A DNA stretch of 64,000 nt from an uncultured bacterium (GCA_965541585.1 CBEUCH010000015.1:22317-86316), one strand, 5' to 3'; shown: positions 11,042 through 20,727, counted from the stretch's first letter. Notes: a model not told the origin generated them from the sequence alone. Numbers and translations: made by a program.

Positions 11042-11070
11042 AAAAAAGGGCTGCCGAAACAACCCCTTTT
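11042..11070. terminator. Probable bidirectional terminator
   Basis: AAAAAAGGG...CCCCTTTT hairpin after the 9846-10979 gene. Confidence 0.5.
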
Positions 11071-11159
11071 AACTTATACATCAAAACGCCTATATCCTAT
11101 CCCCCGGACTCAGCCGCCTGTGGCGGGATTTGTGCACGTGGTTGCACACCAACTACCTT

Positions 11160-11200
11160 ATTGCCCATAGATTGGAAGACTTGTCTTAGCGGCTGAGGGA
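11160..11200 (+). repeat. Intergenic ~41-bp repeat, copy 2
   Basis: Matches 9730-9770 with two mismatches. Confidence 0.9.
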
Positions 11201-11325
11201 TGGGGGTATACTCTCGCAAACGCCGAAAATCCTTGACATTTAAGTAGAATTGTGTATTCATATTAATGGACAGACGTAATTTTCATCTGTGATCGGCACT
11301 AGGATAAATACCTCGATGGGAGGAT

Positions 11326-12642
11326 ATGATGAAACTGGTTACGGTTTTTACGACGGTTATCGTAGTCATTGCCTTTGCTGCTGCGACGGCAACGATTATA
11401 AACGTTCCTGATGATTATCCCACCGTTCAGGAAGGCATAAATGCTTCCACCGACGGCGACACAGTCCTTGTGCAGCCGGGGACGTACGTGGAGAACGTCG
11501 TCTTCAACGGCCATAATATTGTTCTTGCGTCGTTGTTCTTGACCACAGGGGACGCATCCTACATATCCTCCACGATACTGGACGGTAACTCATCGGGGGC
11601 TGTAATTACGCTTACAGACGGGGAAGATAATTCAGCAATGATTATCGGCTTTACCATTACGAATGGAATCTCAGTTTTTGGCGGCGGTATTAATGCCTGG
11701 TTTACTTCTCCTACAATACTTCATAATATAATCAGAGGTAACAAAGGAACATGGTATGGGGGGGCGATCAGTCTTGAACAATCACCGGGTACGGCCATAG
11801 TACAATATAATGTTTTGACGAAAAATCAGGCTGAACTCGGAGGAGGACTGAGAGCCTCGTATGGCGATCCTTTTATCGGAAACAACCTCATTATTAATAA
11901 TTATGCGGAGGAATGGGGCGGCGGTATGTATGTAAACAACAACACGCCCCTAATTATCAATAATATTATTTCAGGCAATGAGGCGGATGAAATGGGAGGG
12001 GGATTAAGAACGGGAAATGCGTCACCCAATGTTGTAAATTGTATTTTTTATGGTAATTCTGCCCCCGACGGACCCGAGATTTCGCCCTGGGGTTCCCCGG
12101 TATTTTCATATTCGGATATACAGGGAGGATATGAGGGGGAGGGGAATATCGATGCCGATCCGCTCTTCCGTGATCCTGAAAACGGCGATTTTCATCTAAT
12201 GTCAATCGAATGCGGCGATCCCTCCGACTCTCCCTGCATCGACGCCGGCGATCCGTCTATCTTCGATTATCTGCTCGAATGTGATTGGGGCTTAGGAGGC
12301 CAGCGGAGCGATATGGGCGTCTACGGCGGCCAGGCCATCCCCACCGATATCAGGGAGGAGCATCCCCCGACAATTCCCGTGGCATACGGCCTCCCTCAGA
12401 ATTACCCCAATCCGTTTAATGCTTCAACCGTCATTCGATATAACCTACCCACAGCTTCCGATATAACCATCTCCATCTACGACATCCGCGGCCGCAAAGT
12501 TGAAACGCTGGTTCAGGGAGAACAGCAGGCCGGGTATCATCAGATTATCTGGGATGCCAGCGATCATTCCTCCGGCATGTATTTTTATAAGATTCAGGCG
12601 GGGAAATATGCTGAGACGAGGAAGATGGTGCTGTTGAAGTAA
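11326..12642 (+). CDS. Secreted right-handed beta-helix protein with PNPFN-type C-terminal sorting domain
   Basis: N-terminus closely similar to the 9846 gene (GINASTDGDTVLVQPGTYVEN); SPCIDAGDP; NYPNPFN...SGMYFYK...KMVLLK. Confidence 0.85.
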   Translation: MMKLVTVFTTVIVVIAFAAATATIINVPDDYPTVQEGINASTDGDTVLVQPGTYVENVVFNGHNIVLASLFLTTGDASYISSTILDGNSSGAVITLTDGEDNSAMIIGFTITNGISVFGGGINAWFTSPTILHNIIRGNKGTWYGGAISLEQSPGTAIVQYNVLTKNQAELGGGLRASYGDPFIGNNLIINNYAEEWGGGMYVNNNTPLIINNIISGNEADEMGGGLRTGNASPNVVNCIFYGNSAPDGPEISPWGSPVFSYSDIQGGYEGEGNIDADPLFRDPENGDFHLMSIECGDPSDSPCIDAGDPSIFDYLLECDWGLGGQRSDMGVYGGQAIPTDIREEHPPTIPVAYGLPQNYPNPFNASTVIRYNLPTASDITISIYDIRGRKVETLVQGEQQAGYHQIIWDASDHSSGMYFYKIQAGKYAETRKMVLLK

Positions 12643-12664
12643 AGACCATTCATTTAAGCAATTA

Positions 12665-12698
12665 AGGGGCTACCATCACGATAGCCCCTTTACTTTTT
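12665..12698. terminator. Bidirectional terminator between convergent genes
   Basis: AAGGGGCTA...TAGCCCCTT stem followed by a T-rich tail. Confidence 0.75.
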
Positions 12699-12735
12699 AC
12701 TCTCGGCAAGACATGCTTTACGGAAACCAGGATTC

Positions 12736-13008
12736 TTAAACAGATACGTCTTGTTTCGATTCTTTCTTTTCCAAAGATGTTTTTGAGGGAATTAATCGCT
12801 CAAGTTGAGCTTTAAGTTCTTTGTTGGCCTCAAGAAGCTTTTCTTTGTCCCCTTGTTTGCTTAACATATTCGCCCTGAGGAGAAGTCCGAGCGAAGTAAG
12901 CATAAACAAGGCTGGACTAACACTTCTGAATAGTTGACCATAATTATAAATGGAATCAAGAAGCGCCAGAATAGCAAGACCGAAAAGCACTAAACCCCAG
13001 ACTATCAT
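12736..13008 (-). CDS. Small membrane protein (two TM helices and a charged tail)
   Basis: AGGAGG SD upstream; two hydrophobic stretches. Confidence 0.7.
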   Translation of the reverse strand: MIVWGLVLFGLAILALLDSIYNYGQLFRSVSPALFMLTSLGLLLRANMLSKQGDKEKLLEANKELKAQLERLIPSKTSLEKKESKQDVSV

Positions 13009-13301
13009 CAGTCCTCCTTGTTGAGGATAAATATATGGATCCAGTAATATTATCGGCAGGATCAGATTGGCCTTAATTGGCCATACCCTTATTCAACCAA
13101 ATCCGATCTCCCGCTGACAGCCGCCTGTGGTAGATTCGCAGGCCTTCCTGGTTGACGGTCTGATTGATGTAGCGTTGGGTAGTGTTCGGATTGCTACTGC
13201 TTAAGAGGAATCTCGAATAAAGTTGATCGGCGGGCGTCTTCGTCTATCCCGCCTATGGCGGGATTGGTGCACGTGAACATACACGGATAACCGAAACGAA
13301 T

Positions 13302-14573
13302 CTATTTCAATTTCTTCTTTAGCTTCTCCGTTTTTTCTTCTATGAACTTTCTATTTTCCTCTGGAATATCGGCGGCTATTATCCATTCCTCGATATCGTC
13401 GTAAGACCACGTTAGAGCAATATCCTCTTTAAGAATCTCTTCAAGCTCTGCCTCCGCTTCCATTGTATCCTTACTTGAGAGTTTTTGGGCAATGCACTTT
13501 AGATAGAGTAAAACAGCTTTTTCTTTGGATTCTTTGGGTTGAATCATAGCTTTCTCTATTCTTCCAATAGCCAAATCGTGCTCTCCCCTAAAGATGAGCA
13601 ATTCGGCCATATTTTCATAAGCAATGATATTTCCAGGATCGAGTTCGATGGCTATATCGTAATCGGCTAAAGCCTTCTCGTATTTCTTCAGTCGCAAATA
13701 TGTAAGCCCCCTATTGTTGTATGGCTCGGACTTATTTGGATCGAGTTCGATGGCTATATCGTAATCGGCTAAAGCCTTCTCGTATTTCTTCAGTTGCGAA
13801 TATGTAAGCCCCCTATTGTAGTATGCTATCGCATTTTTTGGATCTTTTTCAATCGCTTTGCCATAATATTCATTGGCTTCTTTATAATTCCCCTTTAGAT
13901 ACTCACTGGTCCCTTTTAATTCCCAATCAATCGAAGTGTATTGTTCTTCGCGCTTAATTGATAGCAGCTTTTCCTCAAATTTCTCATATTTTTCGGACCG
14001 CTCTTCTGGTGATGGCTCTTTCATGGCAAGACTATCCTTCATTTGAAGTAACTCATCTTTCAATCGCGAATATTCTTCCCGCTCCTTTTCTAGTTTATTC
14101 AGTCTTTCGGTTAAAGAACTTTCATATTCCTCGGTTTTTTGTTCTGCAAATTTTTGAAAGATGTCTGCCCATGTTTTTTCCAATTCTTTTTCCGTAATTT
14201 CATTTACTTTCTCATTAATTTTATCCTTAATCCAGTTAACCATTGTTTTCGCGCCCAAAAACCTTAGAAGAAATGCAATAAAAACTAATACCAGACTTCC
14301 GCCCCAAAAATACAGATCTATTCTTTTTTCCAATTCCTTTGTCCTCAACTCAATCTCACTTTTCCGGGCGTTATCTCTGTATCCAATTTCGTTTCTAATT
14401 GCTTCAAGTTTCGTCTCGTTGTTTTTATTCTGTTGCTTTAACCGCTCCTCCAGCACTCTGATATCGGAACTGTCCTGTGCAGTAGACTTATCCGGAATTT
14501 GCGCTACTGATGTTGCGGCAAAAAGCATCAACATTGCCGCGGCCTTTACAAAGATCTTAAATAAAGTAGCCAT
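13302..14573 (-). CDS. Membrane-anchored coiled-coil and tetratricopeptide repeat protein
   Basis: Signal-like N-terminus, one TM segment, TPRs (AYYNRG...YEKALADYDIAIELDP twice); start codon uncertain. Confidence 0.8.
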   Translation of the reverse strand: MATLFKIFVKAAAMLMLFAATSVAQIPDKSTAQDSSDIRVLEERLKQQNKNNETKLEAIRNEIGYRDNARKSEIELRTKELEKRIDLYFWGGSLVLVFIAFLLRFLGAKTMVNWIKDKINEKVNEITEKELEKTWADIFQKFAEQKTEEYESSLTERLNKLEKEREEYSRLKDELLQMKDSLAMKEPSPEERSEKYEKFEEKLLSIKREEQYTSIDWELKGTSEYLKGNYKEANEYYGKAIEKDPKNAIAYYNRGLTYSQLKKYEKALADYDIAIELDPNKSEPYNNRGLTYLRLKKYEKALADYDIAIELDPGNIIAYENMAELLIFRGEHDLAIGRIEKAMIQPKESKEKAVLLYLKCIAQKLSSKDTMEAEAELEEILKEDIALTWSYDDIEEWIIAADIPEENRKFIEEKTEKLKKKLK

Positions 14574-14802
14574 ATATCTATCCCTGCTTACTGGGATTAT
14601 TATTTTCATTTTCCACGGAGCGTCCTTATTTAATTTTTTCCTACAGTTTTTCAAAACTGTAACTGATCCAAAAGAATTACAGCAAACTCCAGGGGGGAAT
14701 TATCAGCAAATATAGACTCTGAAGTCGGAAAGTCAATATCTTTATAACTACTTGCGTATATTATCTTGGCGGGTGCCCAGATCCCACTTCATGGCCGGCT
14801 TC

Positions 14803-15237
14803 TTACAAATGCAAAATCTCAGTTGCCCCATCAGCCATCTTGCTGAGTTCCGCAGCCACCGCCCGCCTGTGGCATCTATTCACGTCCCGCTCATAACAGA
14901 GCAGGCATACGGTTTCTCGTTTTGCCAGATCCAGGAGGGTCTTTAAGGCCTCGGCCTGTTCCTCGAGATATTCACGGTATTTATCGAAGAAGTAATCGTA
15001 ATCGTCGTCGGCCCTTACTTTATCCCTGAGCTCCTTCGGGCCTCCCAGATCGATCAGGTGGATATATTCTATTCCAGCCACGGCAAGTTTGGCGGGCAAC
15101 TGCTTCTTAGAGAATTCCTTTCGCCTCGAATAAGGGACGGCCCGTATATCAGCTAAAACGGCAATCCGGTTATCTGAGAGTACCTCGAAAAACTCATCGG
15201 TATCCCTTTTTTCATAGCCGATTGTAAATAGCTTCAT
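14803..15237 (-). CDS. DUF488 family protein
   Basis: TIGYE, LADIRAVPYSR, CLLCYE..CHR motifs. Confidence 0.85.
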   Translation of the reverse strand: MKLFTIGYEKRDTDEFFEVLSDNRIAVLADIRAVPYSRRKEFSKKQLPAKLAVAGIEYIHLIDLGGPKELRDKVRADDDYDYFFDKYREYLEEQAEALKTLLDLAKRETVCLLCYERDVNRCHRRAVAAELSKMADGATEILHL

Positions 15238-15406
15238 TTCAGATCCTCTGTCGCCGGGACATGTTCATGTTTGCTGGTATCAACTTAATGGCTAAGACGC
15301 CCGAAAAAAAGGGCTTTTCCCCTTATTGTTAAAGAATTGAACCTATTTCGATATCTTCCGATAGCAGTAAGTAAGGGAAGACGGTTGAGGGGGGCGCCGT
15401 TTTCCC

Positions 15407-15435
15407 TTGACTCTAAGATCTTTCAAATCTATTTT
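15407..15435 (+). promoter_or_regulatory. Putative sigma70 promoter of tRNA-Cys
   Basis: TTGACT (15407) - 17 bp - TATTTT (15430), ending 15 bp before the tRNA. Confidence 0.5.
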
Positions 15436-15449
15436 CCGAATAGACTTAC

Positions 15450-15521
15450 GGCGGCTTAGCCAAGTGGTAAGGCGGAGGTCTGCAAAACCTCTATTCTCCG
15501 GTTCGAATCCGGAAGCCGCCT
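15450..15521 (+). tRNA. tRNA-Cys (GCA)
   Basis: GGCGGCT/AGCCGCC acceptor stem, GAGGT-CTGCAAA-ACCTC anticodon arm, GTTCGAATCC. Confidence 0.96.
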
Positions 15522-15569
15522 TATTTTTATGCCGGAATTGCGGAAAACGAGGCGATTCGATCTACCATT

Positions 15570-17684
15570 CTATCTCGAAAGCATTCTCTGTAGATATGTG
15601 TATTCAAGAGCATGTCTTTTCGCTCTCTGAGCGTTATCAGCCGATGCCGCATGCCCACCCTCCATTTCCTCGTAATAATAAACCTTATTTCCGAATTCCT
15701 CCATCCTGGCCGCCATTTTCCTGGCATGCCCCGGATGGACCCGGTCGTCCCAGGTGGAGGTCACGAATAATACGTCGGGGTAATCAACTCCCTTTTTTAG
15801 GTTCTGATACGGAGAGTATCTGGCGATATATTCCCTCATCTCGGGTATATCGGGATCGCCGAATTCAGCCATCCACGATGCTCCCGGCGGAAGCTTGTGA
15901 TATCTGAGCATATCCAATAGCGGCACTTGGCATACCACCGCGTTATAGAGATCGGGTCTCTGGGTCAATACTGCCCCGACCAGCAGTCCGCCGTTACTGC
16001 CGCCCATGATCCCCAGATGATCCGGCGATGTTATTTTTCGATTTATCAAATCCTCGGCGACGGCAATAAAATCATCGAAAGCGCGTTGCCTGTTTTCCAG
16101 AAGGGCTGCTTTATGCCATCTCGGCCCGAACTCCCCACCGCCTCTGATATTCGCCAACGCGAACACGCCTCCTGTTTCGAGCCATAGCTTTCCTATCGTC
16201 GCCGAGTAAAACGGAGTTTGTGGATTTCTAAATCCCCCGTAACCGTAAAGCAGGGTAGGGTTGCCGCCGTCCGTTTCCAGATCCTTTGCCGAAACCAGAA
16301 AATATGGTATTACGGTACCATCCTTACTCAGAGTCTCGAGTTGACTTACTTTCAAGTTGTTGGCGTCGAACATGGGAGGGACCGATTTGATCACTCTGGG
16401 TGTTTCCTTCGGATCGGAAAAAATGTATAGATTGCTTGGGATCAGAAAACTCGCGAACGAAATCATCAGCCTGTTATCGAATGCGCTATATGAACGTACC
16501 TTGACCGATCCGAAATCGGGAAGATTTATGGCGCCTCCTGTCCATTCGGGTTTCTCGGAAGAGCCTGCCAGCGAAAAATAACGGACTTTACCTATCACGT
16601 TTTCAAGCAGGGATACGATTATATAATCCCTGGTGGGATGGACCGACCTGATCGTGCTCTTTTCATCCGGTCGGAATAAAACTTCAATGTCGGATTTGAG
16701 ATCATCCGATTCGAGATCATCTATTTTTAATGCTATTAGAGAACCCTGCGTGATATCTAGCCAGTCGGAATGAAGAAGAACGACAATATAACCTTTGAAA
16801 AAAGCCTCTATCGTGGCGTCTTTGGGGATCGGGATTTCGCGTTTTTCGAGATTTTCATCCAGAAGCCATTGAGTGGATTCCCAGAAGGATATATATCTGC
16901 CCACAGATACATATTTCCCCTCGGGTCTGTGCTCAATATACCCGTAGATAGAAACGTCCGTTTCCTCTCCTTCAAGAAGGGTTATAGCCTCCGAAAGAGG
17001 CGTTCCTCGCTTCCATAATTTGGCGATCCTCGGATAGCCCGACGTTGTCAATGAACCGGGACCGAAATCGGTATCCACAATCAAATTGTCATCATCGTAC
17101 CAGGCCACAGTGCTTTTGGCCTCGGGAAGATAAAAGCCGTCGCCCACGAACGACTTAGTTTCATAATCAAACTCCCTGACAAATATGGCGTCCTTACCGC
17201 CTTCGGAGAAGTAAATCATGCATCTTGCATAATCGGGCGGTAAATTGGCCGTTCCCTTATAGACCCAGCTTCTTCCTTCTTTCTCATTGAGTTCGTCGAT
17301 ATCGAGGAGAATCTCCCATCGGGGATCTTTCTTCTGGTATTCTTCCAGGGTGGCTCTTCTTATGATCCCCCTGACGTGCTGGTCATCCTGCCAGAAATTG
17401 TAAACGTATTCACCCTTAATAGTCCCATACGGTATCCTGTCTTTTGAATTTAGAATATTCAGAGCTTCATTTTGAAATTCCAGGAAATTGGGATCGTTGC
17501 CCAGATCATCCATTGTGGCCTTGTCATGCTCTGTTACCCATTTGAGGGGTCTTTCTCCTTCCACCTCTTCTAGCCAGATATAAGGATCATCATGCGTATC
17601 GATCGCGTCCTGCGCCGTCGGACAGGTATTCGGTTTAACTATGAATATAAATACAATAGAGGATAGGATTCTTAGAGCCTTCAT
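15570..17684 (-). CDS. Prolyl oligopeptidase (S9A), secreted
   Basis: DPYIWLE, YGYGGF, NIRGGGEFG, GGSNGG nucleophile, DDRVHP, GGH; start placed at ATG 17684 (GGAG upstream, signal peptide follows). Confidence 0.93.
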   Translation of the reverse strand: MKALRILSSIVFIFIVKPNTCPTAQDAIDTHDDPYIWLEEVEGERPLKWVTEHDKATMDDLGNDPNFLEFQNEALNILNSKDRIPYGTIKGEYVYNFWQDDQHVRGIIRRATLEEYQKKDPRWEILLDIDELNEKEGRSWVYKGTANLPPDYARCMIYFSEGGKDAIFVREFDYETKSFVGDGFYLPEAKSTVAWYDDDNLIVDTDFGPGSLTTSGYPRIAKLWKRGTPLSEAITLLEGEETDVSIYGYIEHRPEGKYVSVGRYISFWESTQWLLDENLEKREIPIPKDATIEAFFKGYIVVLLHSDWLDITQGSLIALKIDDLESDDLKSDIEVLFRPDEKSTIRSVHPTRDYIIVSLLENVIGKVRYFSLAGSSEKPEWTGGAINLPDFGSVKVRSYSAFDNRLMISFASFLIPSNLYIFSDPKETPRVIKSVPPMFDANNLKVSQLETLSKDGTVIPYFLVSAKDLETDGGNPTLLYGYGGFRNPQTPFYSATIGKLWLETGGVFALANIRGGGEFGPRWHKAALLENRQRAFDDFIAVAEDLINRKITSPDHLGIMGGSNGGLLVGAVLTQRPDLYNAVVCQVPLLDMLRYHKLPPGASWMAEFGDPDIPEMREYIARYSPYQNLKKGVDYPDVLFVTSTWDDRVHPGHARKMAARMEEFGNKVYYYEEMEGGHAASADNAQRAKRHALEYTYLQRMLSR

Positions 17685-18084
17685 AATCTCTCCCGGCATT
17701 GGTGCTTTAATCTTCCGATGATCATTCCAAGTTCGAAAAAACAGGGTAGCGACGATTATGTCAAGCGCAAAAGCCGCTCTTATAGTATCTTCAGGATTGT
17801 CGATAACTCTTGCAGAGAACAAAGGAGGAGCGAGGAAATGGAGGCTTGTTTCGAAGCAATTTTAAGAAAGCCGAAAGCGTCAAACGGCCTCTAAATAACC
17901 GAAGTAAAGACGATCGATGATTCACATACTTTCTCCATCCAATGAGGATATTTCATGACCACCCCTGAATAGTTGCTCGTTTTTTTTACTCGGTTGCATT
18001 TCAAGAGCTTGCCGTGCCTGCAGAAAAAGTGAGAACTCACTTGTGTCTTTTTTATTATTATCGTAACTTAAAATGTAGATTATT

Positions 18085-18170
18085 GCCGGAATGGCGGAAT
18101 AGGTAGACGCAAGGGACTTAAAATCCCTCGGTCCGTATGGACTGTGCCGGTTCGATTCCGGCTTCCGGCA
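18085..18170 (+). tRNA. tRNA-Leu (TAA), probable integration site
   Basis: GCCGGAA/TTCCGGC acceptor stem, AGGGA-CTTAAAA-TCCCT anticodon arm, long variable arm, GTTCGATTCC; integrase immediately downstream. Confidence 0.96.
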
Positions 18171-18191
18171 TTATAAATCACTACGAGTGAA

Positions 18192-18225
18192 CGGGTTGCA
18201 AAATGTGCATCGCAACCCGTTTTTT
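18192..18225 (+). terminator. Terminator after tRNA-Leu
   Basis: CGGGTTGC...GCAACCCG stem then TTTTTT. Confidence 0.7.
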
Positions 18226-18279
18226 GGTGGATTGTAGGCAAGTCCTACATGAGTCCACACTTTTTGCGGTTTTTACCAG

Positions 18280-19353
18280 TCAATAAGGAAGTTTTGCCAC
18301 CATGTCGGTCTTGTATTTTTCCGCAAGATGAGCGTATATTTCTGTGGTTTTGATGGAGGAATGACCCAATAGTTCCTTTATTGCGTATAGCGGCACTCCT
18401 GCCATCGCAAGATGTGAGGCATAGGAAAAACGTAGGGAATGGCAGCTAGCCCAGTCCAGGCCTATCGAGGAACAGGTCTTACTGATTTTCCGGCTTACTG
18501 TATCGGGTTTCCATTGTGGGAGTTCCTTTCCTTTTTCATCCCGGGAACCAAAAACTTTATTGTCTTTTCTCCTTTGAAGTGAACCAAGCATTTTCCCAAG
18601 ACCACTTTTTTTATCAAACCCAAGGTATCTATACCTTCTACTCTTCGAATTTGACGCCCTTATTGTAATCTGGCATTTATTGAAATCAATGTCATCCCAG
18701 GTTAATGATAAGGCCTCGCGAAGCCTAACGCCCGTCCATAAATAAAAATTCACAACATCTTGGAAAACAGTTCCTTCAAACGCTTCGCGTAACTTCTCAA
18801 TTTCGTCTACTTCAAGATACTTTGGTCGAGGCGCACCTTGGCTCCGTAGCATTTTGATCCTTCTAAAAGGGCTCGTTTCCATTAGCCCCCAGCTAAGAGC
18901 GGTATTAAATATTGCCTTAAGATGACGAAGCTCTAGATTTACCGTCGATTCTGAAATATGTGAGTTTTTTCTATTTGACGGCTGGCTGAGTCTGTGTCTA
19001 ACATAACCATCAACGAGGGCGCTATTGATTGTTTTCAATTCAACGTTTCCGATGTATTTCGCAAACAATCTCAATACTCTTTCTTCTCTGTTTAAAGTCG
19101 ATGGCCTCTTTACAAGACTGCAGTGATTTAAATAATCACGCATAAAATCTTCGAGTAGAATATTCTCAAATTGCCCTACTGTAGATTTGCCTTCAACAAG
19201 CTGGCTGCAAAACTTATGGTACTCTTTTTGAGCAGTCCGTTTATCAACTTCACCGATTGTTTTTAATTGATCTCTGCCATTCAATCTGTAACGAATTACC
19301 CACACAGATCTCCCCGTCCTGTAATTTCTTTTTTGCAATGAGGCCATCAACAC
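18280..19353 (-). CDS. Tyrosine recombinase / phage-type integrase
   Basis: TGVRLRE (Arg), HSLRFSYAS, LLGHSSIKTTEIY catalytic residues; N-terminal arm-binding-like region. Confidence 0.93.
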   Translation of the reverse strand: MLMASLQKRNYRTGRSVWVIRYRLNGRDQLKTIGEVDKRTAQKEYHKFCSQLVEGKSTVGQFENILLEDFMRDYLNHCSLVKRPSTLNREERVLRLFAKYIGNVELKTINSALVDGYVRHRLSQPSNRKNSHISESTVNLELRHLKAIFNTALSWGLMETSPFRRIKMLRSQGAPRPKYLEVDEIEKLREAFEGTVFQDVVNFYLWTGVRLREALSLTWDDIDFNKCQITIRASNSKSRRYRYLGFDKKSGLGKMLGSLQRRKDNKVFGSRDEKGKELPQWKPDTVSRKISKTCSSIGLDWASCHSLRFSYASHLAMAGVPLYAIKELLGHSSIKTTEIYAHLAEKYKTDMVAKLPY

Positions 19354-19368
19354 TCACCTCCTTTCCGG

Positions 19369-19581
19369 CTATTTGATAAAGTTGATTTTTTGTTTGAATT
19401 CGTTTTCCTCGATGAAATGAACGACCTGGTCGTAGGTGAAACAGATTGAATTTCGGCCGTATCGAGTACAGGTGATCCGCCCGGACTTTATCCAGCGAAT
19501 GACCGTGTTATAGTGGACACCCAGGAGATCAGCCACCTCACGTAAGGTCTTGGTCAATTTACCGTCGGGCCAGGTGTTCAT
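19369..19581 (-). CDS. Excisionase-like helix-turn-helix protein
   Basis: TLREVADLLGVHYNTVIRWIKSGRI; AAGGAG SD; directly upstream of the integrase. Confidence 0.85.
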   Translation of the reverse strand: MNTWPDGKLTKTLREVADLLGVHYNTVIRWIKSGRITCTRYGRNSICFTYDQVVHFIEENEFKQKINFIK

Positions 19582-19677
19582 CTCCTTATACCTCAAAAAT
19601 TAATCCCAAAATCACCTCCCGGCGAAAAATATAGCCCAAAAAAACACCGGGAGGCTTCGGAACGCCTACAAACGTTC

Positions 19678-20142
19678 CTACGTTTGACTGCCTGACGGAC
19701 TATTTTTTAGTCCGTGGCCGAATTCGATGAACAATTTATTGGCATTGACCAGATGCTCAAACATGTCCCGCATATCGCCAATCAATCTCTCAAGCGATTT
19801 TCCGATTTCATCAACCGATTCGAACCTATGCTCCTTAGCTATATGATGAGATAAATTCCCAATGATGATCGTCCATTCATGCAAAAAACCTCGAGTGAGA
19901 GATTCATAATTCTTCAGATCATCCAAGGATTGGAATTCTCTGGCTGAAGATGCGAGTTGATCCAGCCTGGGGAGGATGTAATCAGTATATGCTCGAACCG
20001 AGATATACGTTTCGCCATTTTTATCCTCCAGGGCATCCGCGTCAGCAAGGATGTCCATCGCAGCTCTGCGCTGACTATCATCAAGGCGGAGCGCTTTAAA
20101 ATGGTCTTCCAACAGTACGTGGAAATCGCCTTTATCTTTCAT
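19678..20142 (-). CDS. Hypothetical alpha-helical protein, paralog of 20236-20727
   Basis: GGAGG SD; shares ADAL...N...YIS..Y...Q...D...Y.SL...EW with the neighbouring ORF. Confidence 0.7.
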   Translation of the reverse strand: MKDKGDFHVLLEDHFKALRLDDSQRRAAMDILADADALEDKNGETYISVRAYTDYILPRLDQLASSAREFQSLDDLKNYESLTRGFLHEWTIIIGNLSHHIAKEHRFESVDEIGKSLERLIGDMRDMFEHLVNANKLFIEFGHGLKNSPSGSQT

Positions 20143-20235
20143 TGTTTTACCTCCATTTTTGGTTTGTAAGAATGTCAGCGTTTTTTTAGGGTCGCCCTAG
20201 TCGCCGCAATAAAGACGGCGACTAGAGCAGTAAGG

Positions 20236-20727
20236 TTATTCGCATTCATGCAAGTTATGGCCTTCCGCGTAAGCCCTTAGGATCTCATCCGACGGAGGTG
20301 GGGCACCCATATCAAAGAGGATTTTGTGGCTGGATATGCAATGGTCGACCAGGCTTTTCAACTCAGAATTTACGGTCACCCACGCCTGAAAAAGGTCGCT
20401 CCTGATGGCACTATTACGTGGATCAACCGCCATGTTCATTATATCCACGCCGAATAACATCCATTCCTTCACCAGCTTGGCCGCCAGCGACGCATAAAAA
20501 CTGTAGTCCTCCTCGGTCTGCGACTCAACTGCCATATTCTCCAATCCACTTAGGGCGTCATGCATAAATGTTGAATAGGTCTTGAATGAAATGTATTCGA
20601 TTTCGTTTTCTTGGGATAAGGCGTCAGCTTTATCGAATACGGCACGGATTGATTTACGGCAATTGTCGCATTTTCCTTTAGTGTGGAGATCAAAAGGGAT
20701 TAAGACGTCTTTTTCTAATCTTGTCAT
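20236..20727 (-). CDS. Hypothetical alpha-helical protein, paralog of 19678-20142
   Basis: GAAAGGA SD before ATG 20727; shared motif pattern with the neighbour. Confidence 0.7.
   Translation of the reverse strand: MTRLEKDVLIPFDLHTKGKCDNCRKSIRAVFDKADALSQENEIEYISFKTYSTFMHDALSGLENMAVESQTEEDYSFYASLAAKLVKEWMLFGVDIMNMAVDPRNSAIRSDLFQAWVTVNSELKSLVDHCISSHKILFDMGAPPPSDEILRAYAEGHNLHECE

Noticed and set aside
14161..14715. 184-aa Phe/Ser/Leu-rich + strand ORF
   Set aside because: Composition is the antisense mirror of the Lys/Glu-rich TPR gene.
15407..15907. 166-aa + strand ORF
   Set aside because: Runs through tRNA-Cys and antisense to the peptidase; a shadow ORF.
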